Shown: in pieces, positions 26,825 through 39,909 of the stretch
How positions within the stretch are numbered: position 1 is the first letter of the stretch
Layout: every line of letters starts with the position of its first letter
Assembly: GCF_009914755.1 (NCBI RefSeq)
Contig: NC_060936.1
Strand: one strand, 5' to 3'
DNA length: 64,000 bases
Source of the DNA: the human T2T-CHM13v2.0 reference genome, Homo sapiens
The notes under the pieces: generated by a model
Databases searched by the model: none
What the model was told of the DNA's origin: nothing
Seen by the model: only the letters and a program-made list of their open reading frames with translations
Position numbers and translations under genes: made by a program

Positions 26825-27260
26825 TACTACTTATTGAGTAGTGGCCATGGAAATAAGCCACTCAAATCTCCTGCTTTAGGGAGAATAGTTGACTGACAAT
26901 CCCAGCTGAGGCTTCTGTAGACTCACATCTATATCAAAGCTCTCCTTCTCCTATGCTGCTCCCAGCCAATTACTGAGAGAACTCTGTAAGATGCTGAGTC
27001 ATTCCTTTGGAAAGTAGGACTCCTCTGACAGGTGACTTTGACTGGAGGATGCTTTACCCTGGCCATATTTTTCTCAGAACTTCACTGTAGTCTGATGCTT
27101 TTTCTGCTCAAACCTCCTTCTTTCCACTCTTCTTCACACAGGTCAAATCTGCATTGTGGTCTGAAGTTTTTCTTCTATTCTTCACAGTCATTTTCTCCAA
27201 TAAATCTCTTGCAGATCTAATGCTGTCTGGATGTCTGCTTCTTGGAGAAGCAGAAAGAAC
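26825..27260 (+). mobile_element. LTR16-family (ERVL) LTR
   Basis: gctgctcccagccaat, gtaggactcctctgac, ccaataaatctcttgca, tgtctgcttcttggagaa. Confidence 0.75.
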
Positions 27261-27601
27261 GCATTTAGTATAGCAAGTTACTTCAGTGAGCGAACATTGG
27301 CAACCAAGGTGTGGGAAATTTACTGGTAATATATCCATTCTCAGGATTACTTTTATTGTTAATTTTTGTAAATCTTATCAGCAAATAGCTGACTTTTCCT
27401 AGGAACTTTCAAGATAAACTTTAAAGGTAGGAAGAACATTAACGTAGCATGATTTTCAATTTTTGTTTAATGTTATTTTAATTAACTTCAGTCAGAAATA
27501 TTGTTTAACATGGTACAGAACTACCTATATTAAAACACATGTCCTCAGGTAATGATATATAGCTTGGAGATATTTCTTTTCTCTTAAAAATTTATCTGAC
27601 A

Positions 27602-27895
<294 letters not shown>

Positions 27896-28576
27896 TTATC
27901 TGACAACTGTAAATCTGAGTTATTGAAAGAAGTCAGTGAAAATAAACAACAAAGAATACTATGGAATAAATTTACAAGTATGATATTCATGAGACCCTTT
28001 ATATATTTATATAGTGAACACATTATCCATAAGCAGATTATGCTTTTTTTATCATTATATGATCCAATAAATTAAATCAATCTATGTTAAAATCTTAGCT
28101 TTTCATATGTCATTGTATCTTTATTTTTTGTACTTAAAGTGATAATTTTATTGGATTGACATACAAACATGGAAATATTGATAAGCCCTCTGGCACAGAA
28201 AATAAAGTTAAATTGCATTAAAATATCCAAATGCAGGCTAAGTTGAGATCATTAAACAGTTTAAGAAATTTGGAATGAATTATAAGGTAAACACTCTTGT
28301 ATAAAATAGTCTTTTACATTATCTTCAATTATTATAACCTACTTGATATAAAATTATTTTTCATTGCTAAACACAATTAAGTTTCAGTTAGGGATAAAAG
28401 GCAAATTAAGACCCAATTAAAAGTCACCCTTTTATCACTGTATAAAAGTGTCTATCCTGTAGTCTCTCATTAGAATTAATTATAAAGCATACATTAGAAA
28501 AAAAGGTATATCATTCAAACTCATGGGAAGACAATACTAAATAAGCAAGCTACACAGATATGATTAGCAGAAGGGT

Positions 28577-29040
28577 ACTATATGGGGTTGAAAAATGCCC
28601 CCACATTCCAATTTTTTTCTACTTAAAATTTCAGAATATAAACTTATTTGAAAATGCAATCTTTACAGATGTAATAATTAACTAAGTTTGGATAAGATCA
28701 TAGGTGATAAGAGTGGTCCCTAAATCCAGTGACTGAAGTCTTTATGAAAAAAGGAGAAAGATTCAGAGACAGACATGGGGAAAACAGCTATTTGTCAACA
28801 GTGGCAGGGCTTGGATTGATGCAGCTAAAAGCCAAGGAACACCATGGGTTATGGGTACAACCAGAAGCTTGGAAGAAGCAAAGAAGATATTCTTCTCTAG
28901 CTTCTTCAGAAGAGTAGTGGTCCTGCCAAAATCCCGATTTTAGACTTCTGGCTTCCAAAATTGAGAGAGAATAAAATTATGTAGTTTTAAGCCATCTAGT
29001 TTGGGGTAATTTGTTATGACAGCATTAGGAAACTAATATA
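28577..29040 (+). mobile_element. MLT1C-like solo LTR
   Basis: ccctaaatccagtgactg, aagccaaggaacacca, ttttagacttctggcttcca, gcattaggaaactaatata. Confidence 0.88.
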
Positions 29041-29494
29041 GATACCTTTCTACAATTAAGAAATTATCTCAGTCATATACAGATGTCTTGCCCTGAGATT
29101 GTTCATACATTATTTTATCTTATTTACAAAGGGATGGATGATTTAAAAATATAGAACATTTATAATCTTTCACTAATATGCAAAAGGGAATATTTTAAGT
29201 ATATCATATTTATGATGATAGTTCAACAGCATTATCTTTAAAATACATATCCATAAAACATTCTTTGTAACCTGGCAGCATTACTCAGAATTAAATTTTT
29301 ACTTATGATGGAGTACTGGCAATATCTATGTACTAGATATACACATATTAATATTTTCCACATTAAATGTAACTGAAACAAAAAGTAAATAAAGGAGAAT
29401 GCATTATCTAAACATCTAATAACACATAGTACAGTATAGTAACCAGCTTGTTATATTCTAGTAGCAGAAAATACATGGTTTTTAAAGAGAAAAT

Positions 29495-31195
29495 TAATAT
29501 ATTTATGTTTCAGAGCAACATTTACGGTTACAGAAAAATTGAGAAGAACTTAAAGAGTTTCCACAGAGCTTCTCTTCTCCCACACACCATTTACCTTACT
29601 ATTAGTACCTTTTATTAATGTGATATATTTGTTAGAATTGATGAACCACTATTAACACGTAATTATCCACTAAAATCCATGTTTTACATTAGGATTCACA
29701 ATTTGTGTTATATAGTTCTATGGGTTTTGACAAATGCACAATATCATATATTCACTATTACAATATCTAACAGAATGGTTAAGTGCCCTAAAACTCCCCT
29801 TCTTTCTACCCATCCCTACCTCCCTCCTTCTCTTCAAACCTCTGGCAACCAATGACTGTTTAACTATTTCTATAGTTTTTCTTTTCCAGAATATCATATC
29901 ATTGGAAAAAATACAACATATAGCCTTTTCAGACTGGATTCTTTCACTGAGTCATGCGTATTTAAGGTCCTTCTATGTCTTTATGTAGTTTGATAGCTAA
30001 TTCCTTATTATCACTGAACGATATTTCATTTTTCATTATGTGTATGTAACAGAGTTTATCCATCCATCTCCTAAAGGATATTGTGGTTGCTTCCAAGCTA
30101 AAGCAATTATGAATAAAGCTGCTATAAACATCCATGTGCAAGTTTTTGTGTGGACATAAGTTGTCAACTAATTTGTATAAGTACTTAGGAGCACATAATT
30201 GCTGGATCATATTGTAAGCCTATGTTTAGCTTATAAGAAACTGCCAAACTGTGTTCCAAAGCAACTGTGCCGTATTGAATTTTCAACAAAATTGAATTAA
30301 AGTTCCTGTTGTTCCACATTCTTGTCAGCATTTGGTCTTGCCTGTGTTTTGGTTTTTAGCCATTCTAATAGGTGTAAAGTGGTATTTCATCGTTGTTTTA
30401 ATTTGCATTTTTTAAATGACATATGATGTTGAGTATCTTTTCATTTGCCTATCTGCCCTCTATATATCTTCCTTAGCAAAGTATTCATATGTTCATGTTG
30501 TTTTGCTCTTATTTTATTTAGATTGTTTTTTATGTTGAGTTTTAAGAGCTCTTTGTATATTTCTGATGTACAAATACATGTGATAAAGGATGTATCAGAT
30601 AGATGTTTTCCTGTTATGTGTTTTGCCAATACTTTCCCCAGTCTGTGGTGTGTATTTATATTCCTTTAATTTTAACAGAGTAGAAGTTTTCAATTTTAAT
30701 AAAATCCACTGTAACAACTTGTTTTCTGTTTTGTTATAAATTGTTATACCTAGAAACTCATCACCAAACCCAAGATTGTCTTCTAGAAGTTGTATAATTT
30801 TGCATTTACATTTATGTCTATCAAATACATGTCTACATTTAGTTTTTGTGTTTGTTTTTTGCATGTGGATATCCAGTTGGCCCATTACCATTTGTTGAAA
30901 ATATAATCTTTTCTCCAATCAATTGCCTTTGCTTCTTTACCAAAAGTTAGTTTACTATATTGGTGTGAGTCTATTCCTAGGCTCTTTATTGAATTCTATG
31001 CATTATTTTGTTTATTAGTTTATCAATACCACACTCTCTTGATTACTTTAGTTTTTATGATAAGGCTTAAAGTTGGGTAATGTCAATCTTTGTTCTTCGT
31101 TAATGTTATATTGGCTACTCTGGGTCTTTTGCCTGTTTATATAACCTTTGCAATCTATCTGTAAATGTCCACAAAATAACGTGGTTGGATGGATT
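29495..31195 (-). mobile_element. L1MC-type 3' end plus ORF2 C-terminus
   Basis: ttacagaaaaattgagaaga, ttctatgggttttgacaaatgca, tagccttttcagactgg, aaacatccatgtgcaagtttttgtgtggacataag. Confidence 0.9.
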
Positions 31196-33518
31196 AGACT
31201 TTTTTTTTTTTTTTAGAGAAAAAGGCACTAAAAATGGAAATCTGGGTAAATGTAAACATTTGGCAAATGCTGAATTTTTCTTCACTTAGTTAAAAAAATT
31301 AAAAAGTGTAAAATAATTTGTTATCTTTAAACTAGTACTTAAGCATAAATGCATAGCAAGAACTGCAAATACTTTACTTGAGAAGAACAAATTTTCACTA
31401 ACAGAATTTACTATTATATTCCTTTCCTAATTAGCACTGATTTTAAAAATTAAGTCTATCTTCTATAGGTTATTTGAATGTCTAATAGCTTAGGATAACA
31501 AGGGAACAAAGGAAAAGTCAAACATTGTGAAACATGTAAAATATCTCACTATAAAATAATCATAACAATCTCAAGAAAAAGAAAGCAACTTGTTTAAAAA
31601 TGTGTACATATGATTTTTAAAAGGCAGAACTTGTTCAGAGATTTCACAATATAATATGAAGCTCACCCACTGAAAAAGCACTGATTTGGGTGCAAATGAA
31701 ATAGGTTAAGAAATGAATCTTTGAGAATCAAAAAAATTAATCCAATAATGAAAGCTAACAGGACCATAGGCCCACAGGGCCACAGGTGATCATAGCATCA
31801 CTTATTTACCTCACAAAGGTAAATGAATTTTGTTCTCACAAAACCTTAGGAAGTATCACCTATGGTCTTATTAGGAAGCAGAACTTCACTAGGTTTTAAG
31901 ACTAAAATAGTTTGATATAAATAAGCAGTTATAAATGTTTTGGAGAATCAAAAGAGTAAAAAAGAAACAGAAAATATGAGATAGCAAACACTGTAAACTA
32001 CCACTGATCACTATTCTTCCCTCAGGATGGGCAGTTGAAGTTGTCAAAATATAAGCCTGGAACAGGGGTACCAGAGAGCTAAAATTCAGACCTCTGAGGA
32101 GAGGTAACACCTGGTTGGTAGTGTTGGTATCTCAGAAATTTGAAAGAACAGCATAGTAAGCCTAGTTCTGGGAGTCGTGTAAAAATAAATATAATATACA
32201 AAATTTGAAAACTGGAAGCAACTGCCTTTGTCAATGGAAAGGCTGTTGCTGAAGCTTCCTGCCAGAAACAGCAAGGAAATGGACATGTATTTTCTCCTGT
32301 CTTCTAATTGCCCACTAGAGCCTCCTGTTGGCAGAGTCCAACAGGAATTAGCTGATAATGGAGAAATGAAATTTGCAGAATCTCAGAATCACTAAGCTGT
32401 ATATAGGAGAAATAATTTAAAATTATTTTTTAAACAATGTACTAATGATAATCAAACATTCATTAGTGAAGGCAGAAGACACAGAGGCTTAGAAAGATAG
32501 TCTCTGACTCAGAACATTTAGTACAACATGCAATCAGGATTCAATACCGGGTTTCCCAGTCACAGAGATTGCATTACTCTAAGAAGGCTACACGCAACAA
32601 TATGTCTCTTTCATACATTTTATTATGCTGTATAGAATGGAAAAAAGACTAATTTAGTCAATATTTGGACCCCTATCTGGTAACTTAAGTAGTGACTAAT
32701 AAGTAATACCTTAATGTTTCAAATATGGAGCAAATTCTAGATACAAATAGAATACCTACCTCAAGGTGAGATGGTGGCCTCTTTGTTAAACACAGGTGGG
32801 GTAAACTAAAAAAAATGTGTAAAACAGTATCAATGATGTGGCAAGGATCTGTAATGTTTCAGCAATTTTGTGAACTTTTAGTTACTATGTTAGCATGTGT
32901 TTTAAGAAAGTACTATAGTAAACTAATTTTATAGTATTACATACTTTTATACTCAATCTTTAAATTTTAATTTAGCCAAACTGCACATGGAACCACATAA
33001 TTTACAAAAAGCGTCTATGTTTTGAAGGTTTACTTTTTCCAATGTTTATAAAAGGCAAATTCTTCTATTGGGATATACCCAGTGATGTTTAGTTATTTAC
33101 AAGTGCTCTGTGCTCTACACTATTCAAACTTTGAAACCCATTTGTTTCAAAGCATAACTGTAAAAATATGTGTATGACATTTATATTCCCATAGGTTCCA
33201 TATAATTATTCTTAGATTACAATTAGCTTTTTGTCATGCTGAATACAAAGAACCTATACAAATGTAAAAGACGGCATTCATAAACTTCATTCAAGCATTT
33301 CATATTTCCCTGTATATGTCTGAATAGAGTGTGGCTTAAAATCTTTAATGTATATCCTGATTTATATCATAAAACCAGTGGATATTTCTAGAGCAATAAT
33401 AAAAATATCATACAGACTAAAAAAATTGTTTACTGATGACACAATTCTGGAAAATGCTGCATAATAGTATCATGATGTTTTTGTTGCAAGAAAGATCTGA
33501 TATAAATCCACACATAAA

Positions 33519-33550
33519 GTGTGTGTGTGTATGTGTGCATGTGTGTGTGT
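33519..33550. repeat. (TG)n microsatellite
   Basis: Directly visible. Confidence 0.85.
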
Positions 33551-33574
33551 TCTTTCATTTTTAGTCAATTAATA

Positions 33575-35049
33575 ATAGAAAATACCAAATGAACTTATGG
33601 TGAAATGATTTCTAGGCAAAATGTTGAAAGTTTGAACTTCCTGCTACATAACATAACTACCCACAATAAATTGATAAGCTCAAAAAGATTTGAACAGATT
33701 GCAAGCAGAATTAGAGGTAATGGAGAGAACCCAGAACATTATGGATGGGAAAATAAAAGTCTCTTATTTCCTATCTCTTCAGTCATAAAATATTCTCAAA
33801 CTAAGATACAGCCTTAAAACACAGAAATAATCAATGTCAAAGGAATCATTTTAATAACATTTGTGAAATAATTAAGATGACATCTAGTTAATCTTTTCAT
33901 TTGGGCCAAATGACTTACAAAAGGAATAAGTACATGGTTTTGCTGAAGGTCATGGTGCCTACATTACTTGTACTTATATCTAGAAGGAAAGAAATGTATC
34001 TAAAAATATGAGTATAGATTGTGGTAAATAAAGTTGACTGAAATCAAATACGTAGAAAGCCTACGAAAATTTTAAAAGAAATGTAAAAAATGTTTACAAG
34101 ACTTACGTTTCTTTTAAAAAACGAAATGTAAATCATGCTTTGACTGAGATGGTTCAAGATGAGAAAAGTTATCTTGGTCTTCAACTTTCTATAGGCACGA
34201 AGAAGAATAGAAAAAAGTGGTTCATCCACCAAAAGGCATATTTTACAATTCTCTAGGAATGGCCAAAGAAAACTATGAAAAGAGAAATACGTTCCTGAGG
34301 GCAGATCAAAGAACCTCGGAGAATAATGGAATGGTGAATTAGACCCAGGAAGCAGAATCAGCATGTAAAATGCATTTTATACCTCACAGATACCAAGACA
34401 TAGCATCGTTTGTCCAACAGGATTTCACAAAGTTTATGAATAATGGATAAGCGACTAATACATATCTCAAATGTACTAAATTTGAGTTGTTATTGAGAAT
34501 ATACTTACCCTTTCCTACCATTGCATGTTGGGAGAATGTTTCCTCTTAAATTCATAAATCATTGAATCATGAAGAACTCATCTAAACTTGTTATAGATTG
34601 TAGGATCTTAAACTTCAGGCCTGCTGATGTGATTAGATTAGGTGTCCTGAGATGACTGTGTTTTACTAAGTTTTTAAATATTATGATTATGACCAGGAGA
34701 ATACACTGCTTTCAAAGGAATTATTGGTGAACATTCTCTATTCCTCCTTGTGTCTGTGTGCTTTGATAGATAATTTTGTAGTTTTTCTCATTAAAAAAAA
34801 AAGGGTTAAGTGCACTTCTGTTGGCTTTGGTCAATGATGAGGATGGAAGTGACAGTGTGCTAGTTCTGCACATAACCTTATGTGGCCTCAAATGATTACT
34901 GCTTGGTCATCTGTGCTTTGCTAACACTCTTTTAAAAGCATGGTTAAGCTGACCCACAGATCCATGAGAATAAATAAGTTTTGCTTTGAACCATTCAGTT
35001 TTGGGGTGTTTTTTATATAGCATTGTCATGGTACTAGCTAACCGATACA
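33575..35049 (+). mobile_element. Decayed MLT1-int followed by an old MLT1 (H/I/J-type) LTR
   Basis: atttctaggcaaaatgttgaaag (MaLR-int); LTR end tggaagtgacagtgtgctagttct ... agctaaccgataca. Confidence 0.6.
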
Positions 35050-35642
35050 AATATAACCTTACAAATGAATCAAAGGATGAGACATTTACATTATAATTTT
35101 TATAACATACACTTAAGTTGTTTTTCAAGATGACTTTATCAATTTATTCTCCTCTTAGCATTACTGAGAAAATCATGTATCTCACATTCTTACATGCTGA
35201 CAGTGTCGTATTTTTATTTTCATGTCAATCAAATGAATGATTAGTTAGCTCCTGTTCAAATTGAGTATTCAGATTTCTAGTGATTTTCAGCACCTTCTGT
35301 GAATTCAGTTCTCATATTTCCACATTTTAAAATAATTTGCCTTTTTGTTAACGTGTGGGAGTTTTGCTGTAATTATTTTTACATAATCAAATTGCTATTA
35401 CTTTATTGAGCAGTGCAAATTCTATATGCTTTTCTGAGAATGCAGATTTTGTCATCAAGTGGTAAAATAATTGCTTTATGCAGAAGTATATAACTTTAGT
35501 GTAGGCAAGTTTATAGTTTATTATTTTAGATTTTGGGTCTTTTAAGAAAATTTTCGTGTACCATAATGTCTAAAAGTATTTTTATATTTTCTTTCAAGCT
35601 ATTTTTTTTTTTTTGTAATTTTGCCTTAGAAATGCACATATT

Positions 35643-36354
35643 TACTATGGGTTGAATTTCATCCCTCCAAAATTATATGTTGGGATTCTAACGCCTATTC
35701 TCTCAGAATTTGACCTAATTTGAAAAGTGTTATAAATGAAATTAGTTAAGTTAAAATGAGGTCATTCTGGAGTAGGGTAAGGTCTTAGTCCAATATCACT
35801 AGTATCCTTAATAAAAAAAAAAAAGGGGGGGGGGGAATTTGAAAACAGAGACAGAGATGGACAGGGAGAATGCCATGTATGATACAGCTGGGAGTCCAGG
35901 ACAGCTAAGGATTAATGGTCACCCAGTGGACCCAGAAGACAAAGCATGGGGCCACAGAGGATGAGTCTCAGGCCTTGAAATCTGACAGAATTTGCTGTGT
36001 TGGTGTTTGAACTTGTTCAGGGACTGTAATGTCTTTATTTCTTCTAATTTCTTCCTTTTGGAATGTGGATATTTATTATATGCTTGTCTCCCTATTTAAC
36101 GTAGAAGGTGATAACTTGTCTGGTGTTACAGGTTTACAGGTAAAGGGAGATTTTTGCTCCAGGATGAATCATACATCAAGTCTCACCCATACTGGTTTAA
36201 ATGATTTAGATGATGAGACTTTGGACTTTGAACTGATGATATTTAGATAAGACTTTAGACTTAGAGTTAATGCAGGATCTTGGAGATACTGGGATTGATG
36301 GATATATTTTGCACAGGGGAAGGACACAAATTTTGGAGAGTCGGGAGGTAGACT
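35643..36354 (+). mobile_element. MLT1B/C provirus, left part: truncated 5' LTR (35643-~35925) fused to the 3' end of MLT1-int
   Basis: tactatgggttgaatt...gttaaaatgaggtcat; int end gatgagactttggactttg ... aattttggagagtcgggaggtagac (PPT). Confidence 0.85.
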
Positions 36355-36430
36355 TATTATTGGTGGGTGAGTCGGCAACTATCCAGAGAACTCCAGAGTG
36401 ACACCTCTGCAGGAATCTCAGTCCCTTGTC
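36355..36430 (-). mobile_element. 3' LTR remnant (U5 end only)
   Basis: aactccagagtgacacctctgcagga aligns to aactccagagtggcaactctgcagca in the 5' LTR (~43226-43251). Confidence 0.85.
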
Positions 36431-36452
36431 TTGGACCTCAGCTTCACTTCAC

Positions 36453-39400
36453 TTAAGTATAGTGTATCTGGATGGCAACCTCTGGTACTTTAATAGCTAT
36501 GGGAGTAGATAATAGAACAGTGAAGGGGACCTTCCAGACCTTCCAGTTAGTTGGGATTTCAGGGTTCCATCCTTCCAACCTTTCATGAGAACTAGTGAGC
36601 CTGGAGGGTATAAAGTCTGAGCTTTTTCCTCTTTCAATTTTGGGTTTATTTGTAACCAGTATTCCCGGAGGCCTGTTGGAAGCCTGCCATAGAACAGACA
36701 TACTGGGTGACTTTGGTAGTTTCTTCATCTAGCAATAAGTCAGAATATAGGAATGGTCTATCATATAAGGCCTACTAGGGGCTTAATTGTAAAGAAGCCT
36801 TAGGGGCAACATGGATTCAAAGGAGGGCTAGAGGTCAGAGGTCCACCCATGACTTGCTGTTTCCTGACACAGTTTATTGAGGATGTGTTTGAGGGCTTGG
36901 TTATTTCCTTCCACCTTTCCTGAAGATTGTGGTCTCCAGGCAGACTAAAGGTATCATTTCATGCCAAGGGCATTACTAACCTGTTGAGTCATTTGGGGAA
37001 TTAAGGATGGGCCATTGTCATTTTGCAATGACCTAGGAAGCCAAATCGGGGAATAAGTTCCTTGAGGAGGAATTCAGCTACTTAACTGTGCCTTCTCAGT
37101 CTTTGTGCAACAGGTCTCTACCCATCATGTGAAATTATCTACACAGTTTAAGAGGTAATTATATCTATGGCATGTGGGGATCTGAGTGAAATCCATCTTC
37201 CCATCTCCAGGGTATTTACCTCTTCTTTGGATCGGACTTATTAATGGAGGAGGCTTCCCTCTCTGGGGATTATTTATGGCACACAAGGAGCAAGCCTGAC
37301 AAGCCTTCTCAATAGCCTTGTTCAGTCCCCTCCTGCTAAACACCCACTTACAAATTTTCCCTAGACTGTCCTTTCCAAAGTAGCAGGAGTCATGCAGACT
37401 CTGGATGACCTTCCACTGGGAGGCCTTTGGCAGATGGAAAAGTGCCCCCAGGCTGTACCATCCATTGGTTTCTTTTTGATATCCCTGTTGGGTGGTCCAA
37501 ATCTATTTCTTCCTGGGTGTACTGGAGTGGGGGTAGTTCAGTGGGGAGAGAAGGGAGCAAGGCTCCCAGAAATGTAAACTTTGGAACAGTTGCTTCTTTA
37601 GTTTTCTGGTCAGCCAAACTATTTTCTTGTGCGGTTTCATCGTGGCCCTCTGGTGTCCCTTGTAGTGCACTACTGCCACCTTCTGGGGCAAATGAACAGA
37701 CTCTAGCAGCTCTAAGATTTGAGGCCTGTACTTAATAGGAATATTCCCTTTCCTTCCAGATAGCTGCCTGGGTGGGAAGGATCAAAGAAGCATGTTTGGA
37801 GTCTGTATAAATGGTTATTCTTTTTCATTCCCCTAGTTTTAGGGCTCTGGTTAGCATAGTGAGTTAAGCTCTAGTTAACTGAGGTCCCTGGGGATAAAGC
37901 TCTAGCTTCGGTCACTTGGTAGAGGTACACCAAAGCATTATCCTGCATGTCTAGTTCCATTCCAGACAAAACTGCTTCCATCTGAAAATCATATTTTGAT
38001 GGGATTTCCCAAGGGTTGGTCCTTTAAGTCAGCCCTGCTGGCATAAATTTGGCTGAGTACTTCACAGCATGAATGTGCCAGGTTATTGTCTCTTGGTAGG
38101 GGCAAGAGGGTGGCTGGGTTGAGGGTCTAGCACCACTCAACTGTTACCTGCAGGTTTTTTAATAACAAAACCTGGTACTTCAACAATCTGCTGTCAGTGA
38201 GCCACTGTGGCCCTTTTTTGTCCAGTAAGGGGCCAACTTGGTGGAACATTAGGAGCTGGGTTGACTGCCCCATGGTGATTTCAAAGGCCTCCCCAAGTAG
38301 GAGGACTGCTGCAGCCACTTCCTTGAGACTGTGTGACCACCCCTGTGCAAACACCCCTGTGCAACTTGGTCTAGGTACTTTGAAAAATTACCTTATGGAC
38401 ATTTGATTGGCCCAATGGTTTGAGTTAGACCTCCTAGGGCTACACCTTGCCTTTCAGTGATAAACAGTTGAAATGGTTTGCTTAGTATAGGTAGCCCAAA
38501 GGTTAGGGCTTGTAAGACGGCAGTTTTTAGCTGCCTAAAGGTTTGCTCTTGATTCTTCTCCCAGAGAAGTGGGTCCCTATCCGTCCCTTTTGTTAGAGCC
38601 TGATATAAGGACTTAATTCCACCATAACCCAGTATTCAGTTTCTAATATTCCGTGATTCCCAGAAAGGCCTGCAGCTGCTTTTGGGTGCTCCAGGTAGCT
38701 GTCTTAAGAATAACCTGTATCCATTCTCGGGAGAGCTTACATTCTCCAAGGGTCATAATTATTCCCAGGTATTTGACCCCCTGTCTTAGTAGCTGTGCCT
38801 TGGCCTCCAACACTTTGTATCCCTGGTCTGCAAGAAAATCCCTGTCTGGACTAAATGTTGGATTCCCAACTGTCTTGTCAGGAAGCAGATTAACAGTCAT
38901 CCATGTACTGTAGGAGATGTGCCCCCTCCCCCCATAAGAGTTAGATCCTGCAAATCTTTAGCCAAGGCTTGCCCAAACAAATGGAACTATCTCTCAAACC
39001 TCATGGAAGCACTGTCCAAGTAAGATTCCAGGTAAGATGTTGACACCTACATTTTTCATTATCCCTTTCAAATGCAAAGAGAAATTGAGACAGCAACAGC
39101 AGGTCTAGGGGGACACAAAAGAAGGCATCCTTGAGGTCTGGGACTGAAAACCACTGAGCATCTGGAGGTAATTTCCCTAGAATTACATATGGGTTGGAGA
39201 CCATAGGATGTATTGGGACTACTACCTCATTTATTATTTGTAAGTCCTGAACTAGTCTGTATTCACCATTGGTCTTTTTAATGGGAAGACTGGAATGGTT
39301 ACAGGGTGAGCTGTATCACCACAGTCCATGTTTTAGAAACTTCTCAATCAAGAGCCAAAGTCTTTCTTTGGCCTCTGGTAGAAGAGGAGAGTGCTTTCTA

Positions 39401-39530
39401 CAAGGACAGCTAGAAGGGCTTTTGAGCTGAATTACTACTGGAATTGACGTTATAGCCCTTCCTTTGTAGTCTTGTGTCCCAAACTTCCAGGTTATTGGGA
39501 AGATCTGTAGGCAGTTCATCCCTGTGTGTG
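36453..39530 (-). pseudogene. pol: ERV pol (RT, RNase H, integrase), many stops and frameshifts
   Basis: RT: WFSVPDLKDAFFCVPL, WTVLP, LLQYMDD (38896-38907), FLADQGYKV, LQAFLGIT; RNase H: IYTDSK, VVHYKGHQ; IN: CQACSLC, MDFTQIP, QNDNGP, WRPQSSGKVE, WKVPFTVLLSTPIAIKV. Confidence 0.95.
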
Positions 39531-39909
39531 GTCTCTTTGAGGCATAAGATTGCATTTGGAAAAGTAGGAGTTGGCCCTGCAAAAAAAGTAATTGACCTTC
39601 TAGTCTGAACAATATATCTCTGCACAAAAGAGATGTAGGGCATTCTGGCATCACTAAAAATGAATGAGAAAAGAGTTTCCCCCAACAGGCAGCACAGAGA
39701 AGGAAACCTCCAGGTTATGAACACCCCATTTATCCCCATTACCTGGCAGGACTTGGGATAATTGTCAGGAAAAGAGGTAAGAATTGAGTAGGTAGCATGC
39801 GATCCAAAAGGAAGGTTATTGTCCTACCTGCCACATCCAAAGAAGGCCTTGGCTCCATCCCTTCAATAATGATGTTTGATCTGGGAGCCAGCTGGAAAAG
39901 AGGGCCCCT
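39530..39909 (-). pseudogene. pro: ERV protease, frameshifted at the active site
   Basis: EPRPSLDVAGRTITFLLD, then ATYSIL after a 1-nt shift; MPECPTSLLCRDIL flap motif. Confidence 0.9.

Noticed and set aside
35813-35836. A-run followed by a G-run as a G-quadruplex or regulatory element
   Set aside because: A slippage expansion of the usual MLT1 aaaagggg motif; a single G-run
38335-38365. Short tandem duplications in pol (also ~36527-36545 and ~39016-39038)
   Set aside because: Ordinary 9-14-bp slippage mutations in a neutral pseudogene
38896-38907. YMDD rather than YVDD at the RT active site
   Set aside because: TAC GTG contains a CpG, so deamination gives TAC ATG; most likely post-integration decay, not a class II-like RT
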